Source: Eledone cirrhosa (lineage: Eukaryota). Taken from it: 64,000 nucleotides of DNA. Position 1 is the stretch's first letter. The number at the start of each line of letters is the position of its first letter. The stretch is from the NCBI GenBank assembly GCA_964016885.1, contig OZ024746.1:22506001-22570000 (forward strand), given 5' to 3'. The notes under the pieces were generated by a model that saw nothing but the letters and a program-made list of their open reading frames with translations, searched no databases and was not told the DNA's origin. Below, one piece after another: positions 1 to 14,594 of the stretch. The position numbers and the translations under genes were made by a program.

Positions 1-486
1 GACAGTGGTAGTAGTAGTAGCAGCAGTGGTGGTAGTAGTGGTGGTGATAATGACTGGTCATAGTCATTGTAATAGTAGCAGTGGTGGTACTGGTAGTGAT
101 GTATGTGGTGTTGACGGGTGGTCAGTAGTTTTAAATGGTTTTATTTAGAAAGGAATATTATATTAATTGTTGCAAGTTTGTACCTGATGTTACTGCAGTC
201 TTTAAGTGAATCTATAGACTACATCAAATTGTTATTGACTTCTATTTTAAACACACTACACATTACATTAAACTTTCCATGGTTTGGTAATATTTTTCTC
301 ATTAGTCTCGAATTAAAATAAGTTAATTAAAAAACAAAAAAGTTAACTGTTTTGTTACCATATTTCTAATAAAAGACAGCTTATAAAGATTTTCAAAATA
401 ATCATATTTGAAGGGATTTATTCAAATGACTTTCTATGTATTAAGCTGGTGTTTGGAACATAACTTAAAGGTTCTTATATAACATT

Positions 487-648
487 ATAATTGTTTCTAC
501 GTTAGGCACAAGGCCAGCAATTACCCAGTACATTACTGGTACTTTATTTTATCGACCCCATAAGGATGAAAGGCAAAGTCAACCTCGGCGGGATTTGAAC
601 TCAGATCGTAAAGGGACGTAACTATGCTGGAAAGCATGGCGTCCGACA
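487..648 (-). mobile_element. SINE family 1 copy inserted in a MITE
   Basis: Reverse complement nearly identical to 35298-35460. Confidence 0.85.
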
Positions 649-675
649 ATGGAAGGTTTTTAGATAAATATTTAA

Positions 676-863
676 CCCTTTAGCATTTAAACCAGTATAT
701 CCGACCAGAATTCTCCCACCTCTTTCTGTTTAATCCAACCATAACTGGCTACTCATACTGATAAATAAATATCAAACTCTTGTAGATTCGATATTATGTG
801 AGATAATTATTATTTACCGTGAAAATACAGTACCAAATATAGAGTAATGTAAATGCTAAAGGG
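676..863. mobile_element. piggyBac-type MITE family B (second copy at 38279-38481)
   Basis: Perfect 14 bp TIR CCCTTTAGCATTTA / TAAATGCTAAAGGG flanked by TTAA on both sides. Confidence 0.85.
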
Positions 864-1229
864 TTAAATCCTTTTGTTACCATATTTTTAATGAAAGACC
901 CTGTCTGATTTTCAAATAAATTTTGAAAATGCTCAAGAATGAAGGTGTTTAGAGCAGAAAGTAACGATGGTTCTTACATAAAATTATGATGGAAGATTTT
1001 AAAATAAACTTTGGAAAACCAAGGGCATGTTGATACTAAAAAGGTTAAGCAAATTTGTTTTTTCTATTACGTTCTTTGACGTATTTATGGTCCAGTACAA
1101 AGATTTTCCCAAAATTGCAGGACCCATACCTATATTTTACGGACAATCCCCTGTACCATAATTTTAATATAATTATATGAAATATATATATATATACCAT
1201 AATTTTAATAAGACGTTAAATGAAATATG

Positions 1230-1315
1230 CAGGGTGCCCCCCCCCCCCCCCCCAACCTATATACACTTCAGCAGCCTTCTAATAAATATGTGTATACATT
1301 TTTGGGGGACACCTG
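1230..1315. mobile_element. Very short Tc1/mariner-type MITE
   Basis: cagggtgccccc ... gggggacacctg|ta imperfect TIRs. Confidence 0.5.
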
Positions 1316-1399
1316 TATATTGGTATAGTTTATATGAATCATTATGAAATATGTGGATTCACTAGTTGGAGCTGGCTCAATCCATCATGGGTGAATGAT

Positions 1400-2195
1400 G
1401 TTACAAGTACAAAGTTAGTAGGCAGGGTAGGTTGTGTACATAGGTATGCTAAGTGTTAGTGTGTTAATAACACCTTAGTAGACAGTGTGTGTACATTAGG
1501 ACCCTAATTGTTGGTGTGTCAATAGGAAATGTAGACGGTATATACATTGGTAGGATAAGTGTTAGTATGTTGATATCAAATGTTAGTAGACAGGGTATAT
1601 ACATTAGTAGCCTAGTAAGCTATGTTAGTAGTTTTGAGGTTAACACTGGTGTTAAAGGTTGTGATTACATTAAAAGCCAAGGCATGTACATTCATACTGT
1701 GAAGGAATGTGGTTTAGTAAAGGTGTTTGGCAGATTGTCTTTGAGCAAAACACTATTTCTTACTGTACCAGTCCATTCAACTAGAAAAAATAAGTACGTG
1801 TAAATCAGAGGGCCAGTTTTATCATGTACTAAAAATGTAGAATGCTCAGCTACTTGCATATTAATTTCATGTGTAGGGTGTTGGTCAAACAACTAGAACA
1901 CTCAAGAACCAACGAAGGTGTAACACTTGATAGTCCTAGTGTTTGTTAATAGCAAAGGTAGTTACGTTGGTAGCCAGGGTTGCAGCATTTATTAATAGCC
2001 AGGTTGTTTATGTTAGTAGCTGAGGTATTAAACACTGATAAGGTGATTACATTAGTAGCCAAGATGTTAACAATTGTGGTTATATTAGTAGCCTTGGTGT
2101 TTGACGTTAGTAGCCTTGGTGTTTGACGTTAGTAGCCATGACAGTAAGTTAAGGTGGTCTATATTAGTAAGAAAGTTGTTTACATTTGTAACCAA
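1400..2195. repeat. Highly diverged tandem repeat around a tacattagtagcc core
   Basis: The core recurs many times, with a perfect local duplication ttagtagccttggtgtttgacg at about 2085-2137. Confidence 0.6.
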
Positions 2196-4403
2196 AGCAC
2201 AATTCATTATTTTGCAATATATTCAGATTATTGACACACTCAAAACTTGTTAAAATGGTTAACCCTTTTGATACCATATTTCTAAGGAAAGACATTGCCT
2301 ATGATTTCCAAATAATTGGAGCATCTTTTAAAGGTTCTTACATAAAATTTTGATGGAAAGTTCTTAAATAAATATAAACATTTTAAAAGAGTTTCTATCA
2401 TAGAACCAGGGGCAGTGTGGAGGGATTTAGTAATGTAACTTTCTCTTTATTAAGTTGCTTTTTGGAACATCTTTTAAAGGTTCTTACATAAAATTATGAT
2501 GAAATATTCAAAGATAAATATAAACATTTTAAAACAAAGAGTTTCTATCATAAAACTAGGGGTGGTTTCAGGTAATATATAACAAAAGCAATTACCTATT
2601 AAGAATTCAGTTTTCTTTACAAATGTATATAAATCACTTTACTTATTTACAAAATCTGGATGTTTTCATGCATAACAAACATGGCTTTTGTTTGCAAGTG
2701 GTAACATAGTTTTCATTTCACAAGTCAATGAACATTTTGTTCAATGGATTTTTGGTAATTATATAGAACTATATTTGATTTGTTGTATAATGTTTTACCA
2801 TCTTACATAATAGAAAAGAAAACCAAATCACTTTGAAAAAAAGTGCAATGCTACAGAATACTTGTTAAAATATTTTTTTATGGAAATGTTTTTGTTCTAA
2901 GATTAAAAAAAAATCAACAGCTAATGGATTCCTTCCTTAATTAAATATTTTCATTTATGAATCATTATAATCATGGTCGTCATTTTATGTCTGCTTTCCA
3001 TACTGGCATGGGCTGGACTGGACAGGTTGTTATGGTCAGCCTGTTCTGCAGTGTTATTGTCCTCCTAGGGCCATTTTGCTAATAAATAAACTTGTCATTC
3101 TTGTCAAATAAACCAAGGTATCCCTGTAATGGGTTTCATGCATATTTTAATGATAGAGGCACCAATTCTATCATATCACCATTTGATGATAGGAGACAGG
3201 CGTTTTACTAAGAACGCTAAGTGTAGGAACATATATTAGAAGGCATCCGACCTTTTGTCAATCTCGCGTCGGATTGCATTGTTTGCAACCCCCTGCTTTC
3301 CCCTGGAAGTTGACCTCAGTAGGATTGTAACCCAAAGCACAGAGCCAGAATAAATACCACACTTTAATGACTCACCAAGTTTACTTTTCATTTCACTGAA
3401 AACATACTATGTAATCTTTTACCATGTTTATGTTCAAAGTTAGTTTTATTTTTCTAGTTGACAAATGCTCCCCTCCCTTCCATCTCTTTTCTGAAGAATT
3501 TTATAACAAATTACTATTAATAAACCGAACTCCATGGTGTCTCATCATTTAACATCCACTTTCACTTCTAATTAATCATTAACTTTTCAAAATAAAATGT
3601 ATAGTAATAATCTTTAAATAGAATTATTACAATGCAACAGCATACATTATTAAATCAATTGGCTTGGCAGAATCCTGCCAAAGCTAGCTTTGCCTTTTAT
3701 CCTTATTGGTGTCGATAAAATAAAGTACCAGTAATGCACTAGGGTTGGTTTAATTGACTTTCCACTCCTCCCCAAATTGTTGGCCTTGTACCTAAATCAG
3801 AAACCATTATCAAATCAATTTTGTTTATACACCTATCTACCTTCTAGGTCACATTGTTTTGATTGAATGGAGACAACACAGGTTAGGTGGTGCCTTTTAG
3901 TCTTACTAGTTTCAAGACAAACTCAGCTCACTATTTCTGGTGTCACAATAAAATTCACCATGTAGTGGAGTAGTGCTGGTGTCATGACAACAGCACCAAG
4001 CAAAATGGTTGGCATCATTAGGAAGTGCAACCAGCTGTAGAAATTATGCCAAATATGTAATGTATGAATGAGATGAGGTTCTTCAACCAGTTCAGTCTGA
4101 AACCATAACAGATTCACCCTAAGTCGGGACATGGGAAAGAGGACATTAATTGATGATGATGATACATACCATAGTTATGTAGGTACACACAGTCAGACCA
4201 ATCCTAAACTTAACATTGGAATTTTTGTGTGTTCTGAAGGAATTTAATGATGGCTGTATTTCAAACCAGTCATTCTTCTGTCTACTACTTGTCTTCTCTA
4301 AACAATTATGCCTACCTCAAAGTTAATGAATGACATTGGTGCTTGGTGCAGACTTAGCCTCTACTTCAACTAGATTTCTATATAAATAGCTAAGCTGTCT
4401 TAA

Positions 4404-4631
4404 CCCATTTGATACCAAATCAGCTGAAACCTTCATTTCAGAACTGTTCATTTTAAAGTGTTTATATTTATCTAAGAACCCTCCATCATAATTTTATGCA
4501 AGGACCTTTGTTTTGTTCCAAACACTTCCTTAATAATAAAAAAGTTAGTTATATTACTAAATCCCTCCAAATTCTTGATTAGTTGAAAATCATGGTCATT
4601 ATCTTTCATTAGAAAAATGGTAACAAAAGGG
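4404..4631. mobile_element. piggyBac-type MITE family A, opposite orientation
   Basis: TTAA|CCCATTTGATACCA ... TGGTAACAAAAGGG|TTAA. Confidence 0.8.
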
Positions 4632-4680
4632 TTAAATCTACTGATATACCATAGTAGTTTGTAACAACGATGATTCTTAA

Positions 4681-4934
4681 CCCTTTTCTAATGTAATACA
4701 CTTCCCCATCACTTTTTCATACTGAAATGGGTTGGCACTATTTCAGTTAATTAATGAAGAATTTTGAAGTATTTACTAAAATTATTTCATTTCTGAGATA
4801 ATAATTTAACGTATGGTTCTTACATAAAATTATGCTGGGAATTATAATTTATATAGGAAACCCTTTAATATGGTTGTTTTTTTTTTGTTTCACAGAACCA
4901 GAGCTGGTTTTGGGCCTGGTTGCTACCGAAAGGG
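4681..4934. mobile_element. piggyBac-type MITE, related subfamily (also at 31170-31500)
   Basis: TTAA|CCCTTT ... CGAAAGGG|TTAA. The internal sequence is shared with 31200-31500. Confidence 0.75.
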
Positions 4935-6009
4935 TTAAATCGCACTGAATTGTTTTAAATCTGATAATTCATGATGGTTTGTAACAACAATGATTATTAA
5001 GAGATTTACTTTGTGTTGATTGCATTGATAACAAATGTTCTTTATTTATATCTGAATGAAAATAAACTCTAGCATCTATCATTGACTGACTTTAATACTC
5101 TGGAGAAAGAAGCCATTGATGTCATAACAATGCAGCTTTAGACTTAATTAAAACCATCATCAGTCTATTTATTAACAAAGTCAGTAATTTAAGAATTACT
5201 TTTGTTGAGTTTAATTAGAATTGTTTAACTCCTTTTGATATCAAATCCAGTCAAAACTGGTTCTGGTTCTATGAAACAAAACCACATGTTAAAGGGTTCA
5301 TATTTACATTAAAACTTTCTCCTTGCTACCCAACACCACCTACCCAGACCTTCTGTATAAACTTGTGTGTAGGGTGGGGTGTGTGCAAATATATGTAAGT
5401 GGGTGTGTGGGAATGGATCTGAGTGAATGTGTGTACGTCGTGTAAGTGGGTGTGTGAATGTGTATGGGTGTATGACTGTTTGTAACCATGGTTGTGAGTG
5501 AGTGTGCATATGTACCCAAGTGTAATTACTAGGTAGTTTCCTTTGTCCCCATACCACTTAAAATGTTTACTGTGTTTGTCACTTGTAGTTTTACCTTTTA
5601 TAATGCATGCCTGCACAGATTTTATTGCTATGTTTAGATATTTTCCACCTAACAGGGATATTTTCTGTAGTTAACCCTACAGAAGCCATTGTCATTGGGT
5701 CACTGCTGGCTACTTTGATTTCATATAGTTTATTTATGACACAGTCATAGTCATCAATGTGGAACAAATTACTTGCTATACTAAATATTTAGTGAGGAGT
5801 TCAGCTGGTCACAGCAAACCAATTCTTCTGAGGAAATCTTTATTGTTGGTGTTACACTGGAATGTAGCTAGTAAACAGACAAAGTACTATAAAGAGGACC
5901 CTTTACTCTTTGTTTTATTGTTTGTGCCACAATAAAATGTACCCTGACACTCAGTAAAGTGGTTAACACCAAACAGAAACACCATAGGGTATGAGGATCC
6001 TTCAGTCTT

Positions 6010-6240
6010 GCAGAGTACATTGCCATAATAAAATACACTCAATTACACTCTGGAAGGAGGTTGTGTTGGTGCAACGATAAAATACACCCAATATATTCTG
6101 GAAAGTGGTTGTACTGGTGCCACAATGAAATACACCCAGTACACTCTGGAAAGTGGTTGTGTTGGTGCCACAATAAAATACACCTAATATACTCTGGAAA
6201 GTGGTTTGTGTGAGGAAGGACATCCAGCTGTAGAAATCAT
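6010..6240. repeat. ~48 bp tandem repeat derived from the LINE/SINE 3' tail (similar arrays at 18290-18420 and 20020-20215)
   Basis: Unit ggaaagtggttgtgttggtgccacaataaaatacacccagtacactct, ending in aggaaggacatccagctgtagaaa. Confidence 0.8.
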
Positions 6241-6904
6241 TTCGAAATTTGGAATATATTAACAAAATGTGGTTTTCCTATTTGACTAGTATCGGACTGT
6301 AATGACCTATCAAACCCATGCCAGCTTGGAAAGTGAACATGACAATGACAACGGTGGTGGTGGTGACAATGATGATGGCAGTGGTGGTGTTGATGAAAAT
6401 GATTTATTCATTTCTAACAGTTCGCAAGTTAACATTCAACAAGTTACTTCAAATCCTGAAACTTTAGTAACGGAATGGAAATGCGTGGGAGAAAAATAAA
6501 TAAAAGGCTGTGTTTAACCTTTCTCTTCTTTCCTTCCTCCATCCTTCTACAATCCTTCATCTTATTGTAGGCATGATACAATTATAAGCTGGATGTCTTC
6601 CTGATTGGGTGCCAACGTAAATGCTTCAGCCAATGAACACATAGAAACTTTCTATGGTTGTTGTTGTTGTTCCTCTTTTCCGTCTTTTTCTCTAATCAAT
6701 ATTGGATATATTAGTTGCAGATTGGAATTAATCTTGTATTTTATTTTTATTTTCTGTTTCTATTTTTATTTAGTAGTCTGACCAGAGACTGCGTTAACAA
6801 CATATCTTAAAATAATTCATGAGATAATGTGACTAAGGATGGCTGCTAGTGACATAGTAATCAATTCTGGTGTCTCTAGTTTACAACATAAACACAAGTT
6901 TTAA

Positions 6905-7162
6905 CCCTTTAAACACTAACCCACTAAACACCACCTATATTAACTTTTAATGTCCTGTACCACGAGAACCCACATTAGCAAGTCATTCTTGAAAAGTATG
7001 GTTAAAACATTATGACTGTATCATATTTAAAATTAAAGTCTTGACTTTAATACTGCACAATTTCATGGCCATCTGTTCACTAGTTAAAGACACTATAAAC
7101 ATTTGAATTAACAAATCCGTTTTTAGATAACTTCTGCTAAATTGTTACAGGATGTTAAGAGT
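6905..7162. mobile_element. Old interspersed repeat, TTAA-CCCTTT start (second copy at about 47600-47912)
   Basis: Shared blocks ttgaaaagta, gtatcatatt.aaaatt.aag, ttaatactgca and ataaacatttgaattaacaaa. Confidence 0.6.
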
Positions 7163-7223
7163 TAGTGTTCAATTTTAAATTTAAACTTTGATTTTAAATC
7201 TCATTATTACATACTAGGCTGGA

Positions 7224-7440
7224 GGGTGGTGGATTGGCAATATTGTTAGTGTTGGAGAACATGCTTTGTGGCATATAGTTACAGCCCTTTGTTTTAAGTT
7301 CAGATCCTGCCAAGGTTAATTTTAGCTTTCATCCTCACAGGTCAATAAAATAAAATACCAGTAATGCACTGGGGTTGATTTAATCGACTTTCCCTTCCAC
7401 CCAAATTGCTGGCCTTGTGCCTAAATTAAGTTATTATTAT
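7224..7440 (+). mobile_element. SINE family 1, longer subfamily (other copies at about 3660-3810, 21712-21928, 28882-29045, 42380-42500, 42505-42637, 45375-45590, 51011-51280)
   Basis: Same head and central block, plus a gatttaatcgactttccct..ccccaaattgctggccttgtgcctaaat segment. Confidence 0.8.
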
Positions 7441-7609
7441 ATACTGGACAATATTAGATTTCAGTGGTTAAATATTTGTCTTTTGTTTAGTTTCAGTTAA
7501 AAGTTAGTTTCACTAAACCTTTCATAATTGTTGAATATTTCAATAATTAAAACACAAAAGTAGTATATTCTTGTTTTGAAGTGGGGTCACACAAGGGATA
7601 AAAGGGGAT

Positions 7610-7772
7610 GAAAGAACCTGGTCAAGATGGTTGGATAACATCCATGAGCTTGGCTGGTCTAGCTTTGTGATCCAGCTGGATCAGTTAGAGATGGTTGGTT
7701 CTGACAGGACCAGCCGGAAGGAGTGCTTGAGGACTCTACCCCACGACCCTCTTAGGAATAAGTGGCCAAAGA
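7610..7772 (+). mobile_element. Short 3' fragment of the same RTE family
   Basis: caagatggttggataaca...gaggactctaccccacgaccctcttaggaataagtgg, similar to 32106-32226. Confidence 0.8.
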
Positions 7773-10700
7773 AAATACTAAACTGTCCAAGACAGCCTCC
7801 ATTTTTATAATAAAATAATGTCTTGTTTTAAAATGTTTATAATTAATTACCTTCCATCATAATTTTATGTAAGAACCTTTGTTGAGTTATGGTCCACACA
7901 CCAACTTAAAAATAAGAAAGTTACATTACTAAATCCCTATACATTTTTCATTATTTTCAATCATTTTCAAAATAATTTGAAAATTGTATGCTGTACATTT
8001 TATTATAAATATGACACTGAAAGAGTTAATCACATATTCAGTGTATTTCATTAGGGATATGGTAATGAAAGGGTTAATCACATATGTAGTGTAATTCATT
8101 AGAGATATGGTATTGAAAGGGTAATTCACATATGTGCTGTATTTCATTATATGGTAACAAAAGGGTCACTGGTGAAAATGTTAATTATTTTACTAAATCT
8201 CTCCAAATTGTTGATTATTTTCAAAATGAATTGAGATGCCTAGACAATGTTTTATTAGAAATATGGTCAATATAGAGTTAATCAGAGATAATACATACTA
8301 ATACACACACAGCTTGCTTGATCCAATATATAAATATATCAAAATAATTTACATAGACTCATGAAATGAGATGGTAACAAGTCTAAATATAATTTTCATA
8401 AAAAGTACTTTTGAAATGCTATACCACAAGTTGTTGAGACGAGAGAAAGTCGATATGAAAATATGAATGACTGAATAGCTAAAAATTACTATTTCACATA
8501 GAAACAAATTTGTACTCTTCAGATTAGCATAAGTAGAAGTTGGGGTTTGTCTTTAATTATAATTTTTTAATAAATACCAATTAAATCAAAAGCACATATA
8601 TTTATACAATCTTAAATTTACAAAAACAAAATAAATAAAATAAAGCCTTTCTTTGACAACCTGACCCAAACTGCTTCTAGTTCATTGAATCAAAACCACT
8701 GATTTTAAAGGGTTCCTATTTAACCCTTTCATTACTAAAACAGATGTAGATTATTTTAACAGGTTAATAAGTTCACATTGCAGTTATGAGGTTCTAAGTT
8801 TGATCCCAATGTGTACTTGGACAAGTACCTTTCTTTTTCCATAAACCTTGGGATTTTTTTGGTGGTAAACAGAAATTGTGTAGATGTCCGTTGAATGAGC
8901 TCAATCTGTAATTCAAAGAACCACCCTTACCACACCAGTTTCATGCTGAATCTCCCTGAGGGTGCACATGACTATGGACTATTCTACCACTGTGCTGTTA
9001 ATTTAACCACAGGAATGGCTGAGTGATTAAGAACTTTGTTTCACAATCATGGGGTCCTGGGTTTGATCTCTTTGCTTGGCATTTTGGGTTACTATCTTTG
9101 CCATATCTTTGGTCAACCTAAGCCTTGTTAGTAAAATTGGGTAGATAAAAGTTGTATAGAAACCCATCAGATAAACTGTACCTGTAATCTGAATGTCTCT
9201 GTTAATGTTACACGTGGCTGTGAAATATTCAGCCATTTACACTTTACACAAAATGTAATTTACTTGGAATTGAGAGAGTAAGTCATGTCTTGCTACACTG
9301 TGTCATGCTGAATCTCTTGGTGAATTACATTAATGTTACACGCGTTTATGGAATATTTAGCTATTTATAAGTTAATTTGATAAGTAGGTGGTCCCAATGA
9401 TCAACCACCTAGAACAATCACTGAAATCAACTGAGGTTTTTTACTATTTTTTTTATTGTTGTAAGAAGAGTCTTTTATTTGTTACTCTGATGTGGAAGTT
9501 ATAGTTGATTGTTTGTCATATATGTATTCATAGAGGAAGTGAATGTACTCACAATTCTATATGAAAAATAATCTCACATAAACTATTGTTTATTCTTTAG
9601 TCTATTATTCATGTCTTTGCAATTAGGTAACACCCTTATGTCACATGCACAACGTTCTTCACCCATGGATGTTACACCCATTATGAATTTAAAAAAACAA
9701 CACAAAATGGAATGAAATTTACAGATTACACCTATTACAGATTACACCTTTAGCTGCCTTCCTACGAGGCTGCATTTAATAGGTTTCTCAGGTGTTTTAA
9801 ATGATAGGGCCCACAGTCTTATGTTGTTGTTACAACTCACAGCTATGTATGTTTAGCTGGTTTCCAACAAAGTTTCATCTCTGGAGGTTTCTATGGTGTA
9901 TTTTTAATGGTAGGAACTCCAGTTCTATTGTGTTGTTGTTGTTACATATTACACCTATGCAAGTTTAGCTGACTTCTTACGAGGTTGCATTTCATGGGAG
10001 GTTTCTCAGGTGTTTTAAATGATAGGTGTTTTAGTTGTATACTCTTATTTTTTTTTTAATCTGATACTTACTTTATCGATCTCTTTGTTAAACTGCTAGG
10101 TTACATGACATAAAAACAGGTACACACACATATATATACTGCAGGCTTTCATTTACCAAATTGCACTTGTAAAGCATTGGTCAACTTAAAGCTATAGTAG
10201 AAAATATTTGCCCAAGGTGTCACACAGTGGGACTGAACATGAAAGCACATGGTTGTGAAGCAAACTCCTCAATTACACAGCCATGTGTGCAACTACACAT
10301 ACACACACACACACACTCTTAAATGTTGTATGCCATATCCACAGCTAGTATGATTCTATATAGGTAACATACTTCACACACACATACCTACAGACACAGG
10401 CACATGAACATTCACAAAAGCAAGACTAGGCACACCATGGCATAAATCTAACTCCACTGGACTCCACCAATGAAGTGTATGATGAGAAATACACCTAGGA
10501 GTTGGAGTAATAGCCAAAAATAGAGGTGACAAAACTGAAGCCCTACCACTATAGCTGAAACTTTTAGAAGCCTACAGTTCAATCAACTAAGCAACAACTA
10601 TCTGCCAGGAGTTGCAACTGGTTGATAGTATCAGCATTGGAAAGACTAATGGAGACATTGTTTCCTTGGTCCAATTTGATGAGCTCCACTTCACTTAGTA

Positions 10701-11381
10701 AGTGAATGAGGTCTGGGCTCTTGTCAATCTATTCCTTAGCTTCATAATGACATAATTTATAAGTTCAGTAAATCTCTCTATTTCTTTTTATTAATTGAAA
10801 TAGTTTATTTCATTAGAAACATAGTAATAAAAGGATTACTTTATGGAGCCTGGATGGATGAAAGGCAAAATCATGGTATTAGCATGAAATAATAAATAGC
10901 ATGGCTTTACTTTTTTGAACTGTTAAAAGGACAAAAGACTCCATGAGATTCCAAACTTTAGTACTTAGGCTCATGTTACCACTTGACTGTAAAGTTTTTC
11001 ATTATAGCAAAATATTTAAATGTTTTGCTGTTTGAGGGCTTCTGTACTTTCTAACTATATACAGCTCCTTTTTTTTTTCTTTTAAGTTTTACCCTTTCAT
11101 TGCCATATTTTGAAAATAATTGAGATTTTGGAAGAATTTTGTAATTTAACTTTCTCATCAAGCTGATGTTTGGAACATAATTTAAAGGTCACTATATAAA
11201 ATTATGATGGAAGGCTTTTAAATAAATAGAAACAATTTAACTATTTTTTTTAAAACCATATTTCACATGAAAGACACTCATTGATTTTCAAATTTCTAAG
11301 AAAATCACTAAGGATTTGGAGGAATTTAGTAAAATAGCTAACTTTCTTATTAAGCTGGCAGTTGGAACATAACCTAATAAT

Positions 11382-11486
11382 TGTTTCTACTTTTTTTGGT
11401 ACAAGGCCAGCAATTATCCAGTACATTACTGGTACTTTATTTTATTGACCCTGTAAGGATGAAAGGCAAAGTTAACCTTGGTGGGT
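11382..11486 (-). mobile_element. 5'-truncated SINE family 1 copy with 15 bp TSD
   Basis: TSD acataacctaataat at 11367-11381 and 11487-11501. Lies within a piggyBac-type MITE. Confidence 0.85.
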
Positions 11487-12214
11487 ACATAACCTAATAA
11501 TGGTCTTTACATAGAATTATGAAGGAAGATCTTTAGATAAATATAAAAAATTTAAAACAAAACCAGTTTTGTTCTGAAGGACCAGAGGTAGGGTCAGGTG
11601 AGTTTGTATCAAAAGAGTAAATGATATATTTAGCTGTATAGTATACTTTAGTCTAGGTCAGTGTTTCTGCAAGTTAAGTATTTTTTTTAAATAAAATTTA
11701 ATAAAAATTATTTATTAAATTATTAAATTTCATTTTAATGTCTTAATACCCATAAAATATAAATATGAGTTTCACATTTTTTTGACAATTGTATAAAGTT
11801 ATTGCAATAAAAATGTTTGGGAACAATTCACCTTGATAGACATTAAGAGTTCAGGCTTTAACTTTTTCATTACCATATTTCTAATGAAAGACACAGCTTG
11901 TGTTTCAAATAATTAAAAAAATAACCAAGAATTTAGGTTCTTACATAAAATAAAATTATGAAGAAAAGTTTTAATTATAGACGATATAAAAAAAGGAATT
12001 TTATATCCTAGAATTATGTGCGAGGTTTTAATGATCTTCCATGTTAATTTCAACAATTAAACATTTTTTATTCCATGTATGAAATAGTGTTTATCCTTTT
12101 AGAAAAAACAAAAAAAAAACAAACAAAAAAATGCTCTTTTTTTTTTTTTTTTTTTTTTTTCCTGCAGTAGATAAAAGGTTACAATAAAATAAACATACAC
12201 ACACATGCTGAATA

Positions 12215-12560
12215 TACTGATCTATAAGTCATACCATTTTCTGTAAAAAGTTGACATAAAATCTAGCATGCGACTTATTTACTGGTGCCTACAAAATCTC
12301 AATTCAATCAAGCACTGAACCAAGAAATAGGGGTGCGACTTATCTACTGGACCTATTGGATATTCTATGTGGGTCAAGTATCGAGCAAAGAATGTTGTAT
12401 GTAAAATAGGACTGGGTCTTATCAACTGGACATACAGGATATTATAAGTGAGCCAAAGATGGAGGCAAATATATATGTAAAATAGGGGTGTGACTTATCT
12501 ACAGGATATTATGAGTCAAGAATGGAGGCAAAAATGTTATATTTAAAATGGGGGTGCATG
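12215..12560. repeat. Tandem ~70 bp repeat, probably derived from a DNA-transposon subterminal region
   Basis: Repeated aaaataggggtgcgacttatctactgg...atattat...gtcaag.atggaggcaaa. Confidence 0.6.
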
Positions 12561-13010
12561 TCTTCATTAATGTCTTCATTAATGTCTTAGAAATTGGTCT
12601 GTAACTATGAATAAGAAAGTAGAATTACTACTGCACTGAAACACCTCCATTGGAAATTCTTTTCCAGTTAGCTGTATCTTTAGAGAACAATAGTTATTAA
12701 GGGATTTTATTTTGGGAACATAAGAATTAACCAGTTTAATCATTCGCTACTTAGTATTGATTGTATAGCCAAATGGCTAACTTGGAAGACTATTAATTAA
12801 ACCTATCATGTTGATGCTAACTCATCATCGCCATCATCATCATCATTTTACATCTGTTTTTCATGTTGGCAAGAGTTGGATAAGTTGTCCCATTCTGAGA
12901 ATAGATGGATCAGAGAACCATGTTTTGCTCATACATTCTTAATGCAAACCACTTTACAGGGTGGACTGGGTGCATTTTATTGTGACACCAGTACTACCAA
13001 TTTACAGAAT

Positions 13011-13190
13011 ATAATTGTTTCTACTTTTGGCACAAGGCCAGCAATTACCCAGTTCATTACTGGTACTTTATTTTATTGACCCCGTAAGGATGAAAGGCAA
13101 AGTTAACCTCGGTGGGGTTTGAACTCAGAATGGCAAGGGCCGTAACTCTGTGTCAAAGCATGGCGTCCGCCTCTCTACCGATACTGCCAA
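13011..13190 (-). mobile_element. SINE family 1 copy
   Basis: Reverse complement of the family consensus including the A and B boxes (tttgaactc, ccgatactgccaa). Confidence 0.85.
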
Positions 13191-13503
13191 AGGTACATTT
13201 TATCATGGCAAAAGTCATGGTTACTTAACCATTTCATGACTGCATTTCTAATGAAATACACTCTATTTCAAATATTTAATGACAAATTTTGATAAGTTAT
13301 AGTTAATCAAAATTATAAGGTTGATGGTATTAATTATCCCTTCCAAGATCAATCAAATAAAGACCCAGTCAAGAACTGGGGTCGATATAATCAACTTTCC
13401 TCCCCACCAAATTGCTGGTCTGGTGCTAAAATGTTGTATTCTTTGTTTAAAATTCCATTAATTGAAATGGCAGGCATATATGATGGCATCAAACCGTTTT
13501 TTG

Positions 13504-13538
<35 letters not shown>

Positions 13539-13869
13539 TGCACGCACGCACACACACATGCACGCACACACACATAAACACCTTTGAGATTTACACTCAA
13601 GATATATTTTATAAGAAACAAAATGATTTACTTATTTTAACAATATCACTAGTTGAAGAAATAGTTTATTGTAAATGGAATATTTGAATAGCTGGAATAT
13701 TTTAGTTCAAATCCTACCGAGCTCAATTCTGCTTTTCATCCTGTCAGTATTGATAAAATTATGTATTGGTCCAAGATGGTAGATTAATGGAATTGGTAGT
13801 GTTAAACAAGAGGCTTTGCAGTATGTTTCAATTTTTTACCTTAAGATCCTACTGTGACATACTCGGGTG

Positions 13870-14100
13870 GTATACTTTACCCAGGATCTGGTTGAATGGC
13901 TCTACTTGGACCTTAGGTGGTCAACTTTATCCAGCACCCAGTTTAACACCAACTCATGGACGTTTGGTGGTAAACTTTATCTAGTATCTTGGATGGTACT
14001 TAATCTGTTACCCAGTTTAACACCACCATATGGACCTTGGGTAGTAAACTTTAGTCTTTATCTGGCATCCAGTTTAACACCACAATGTGAACCTTGAGTG
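13870..14100. repeat. Diverged minisatellite
   Basis: Repeated ccagtttaacacc....tggacctt.ggtggtaaactttatc. Confidence 0.7.
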
Positions 14101-14415
14101 CTTTTAGCACCATTGGCAAGAGAAGTAAAAGGAAAGTAAATAAGTAAAAATAAAGGGGAAATGGAAAAACAAGGAGATGCATCATTGCTGAAACTTCGAC
14201 GGTGCTGCTGCCTTTTTCTTTGGAAAATAAATCTTACACTCTGATCACATGTATTGAATGCTCACGTTTTATTACACTTGTACATAAAACACACCTCAAC
14301 ACATACATACAAACACATACACATATTACTAGTAGGTATGTTGTTACAGCAGTTAACTTAAGTGTGTCATTTGTTCTGGAAATGTCTTTCTTTGTATCAC
14401 TAACATACTTATTAG

Positions 14416-14450
<35 letters not shown>

Positions 14451-14533
14451 AGTTAGGTGTGTAACTACAGTTACAGGCGGTGCGTTGTTCAAAGCACTCA
14501 ATGCTGTTACCAGGTCTGTCTCATTTGGGTTGG

Positions 14534-14594
<61 letters not shown>

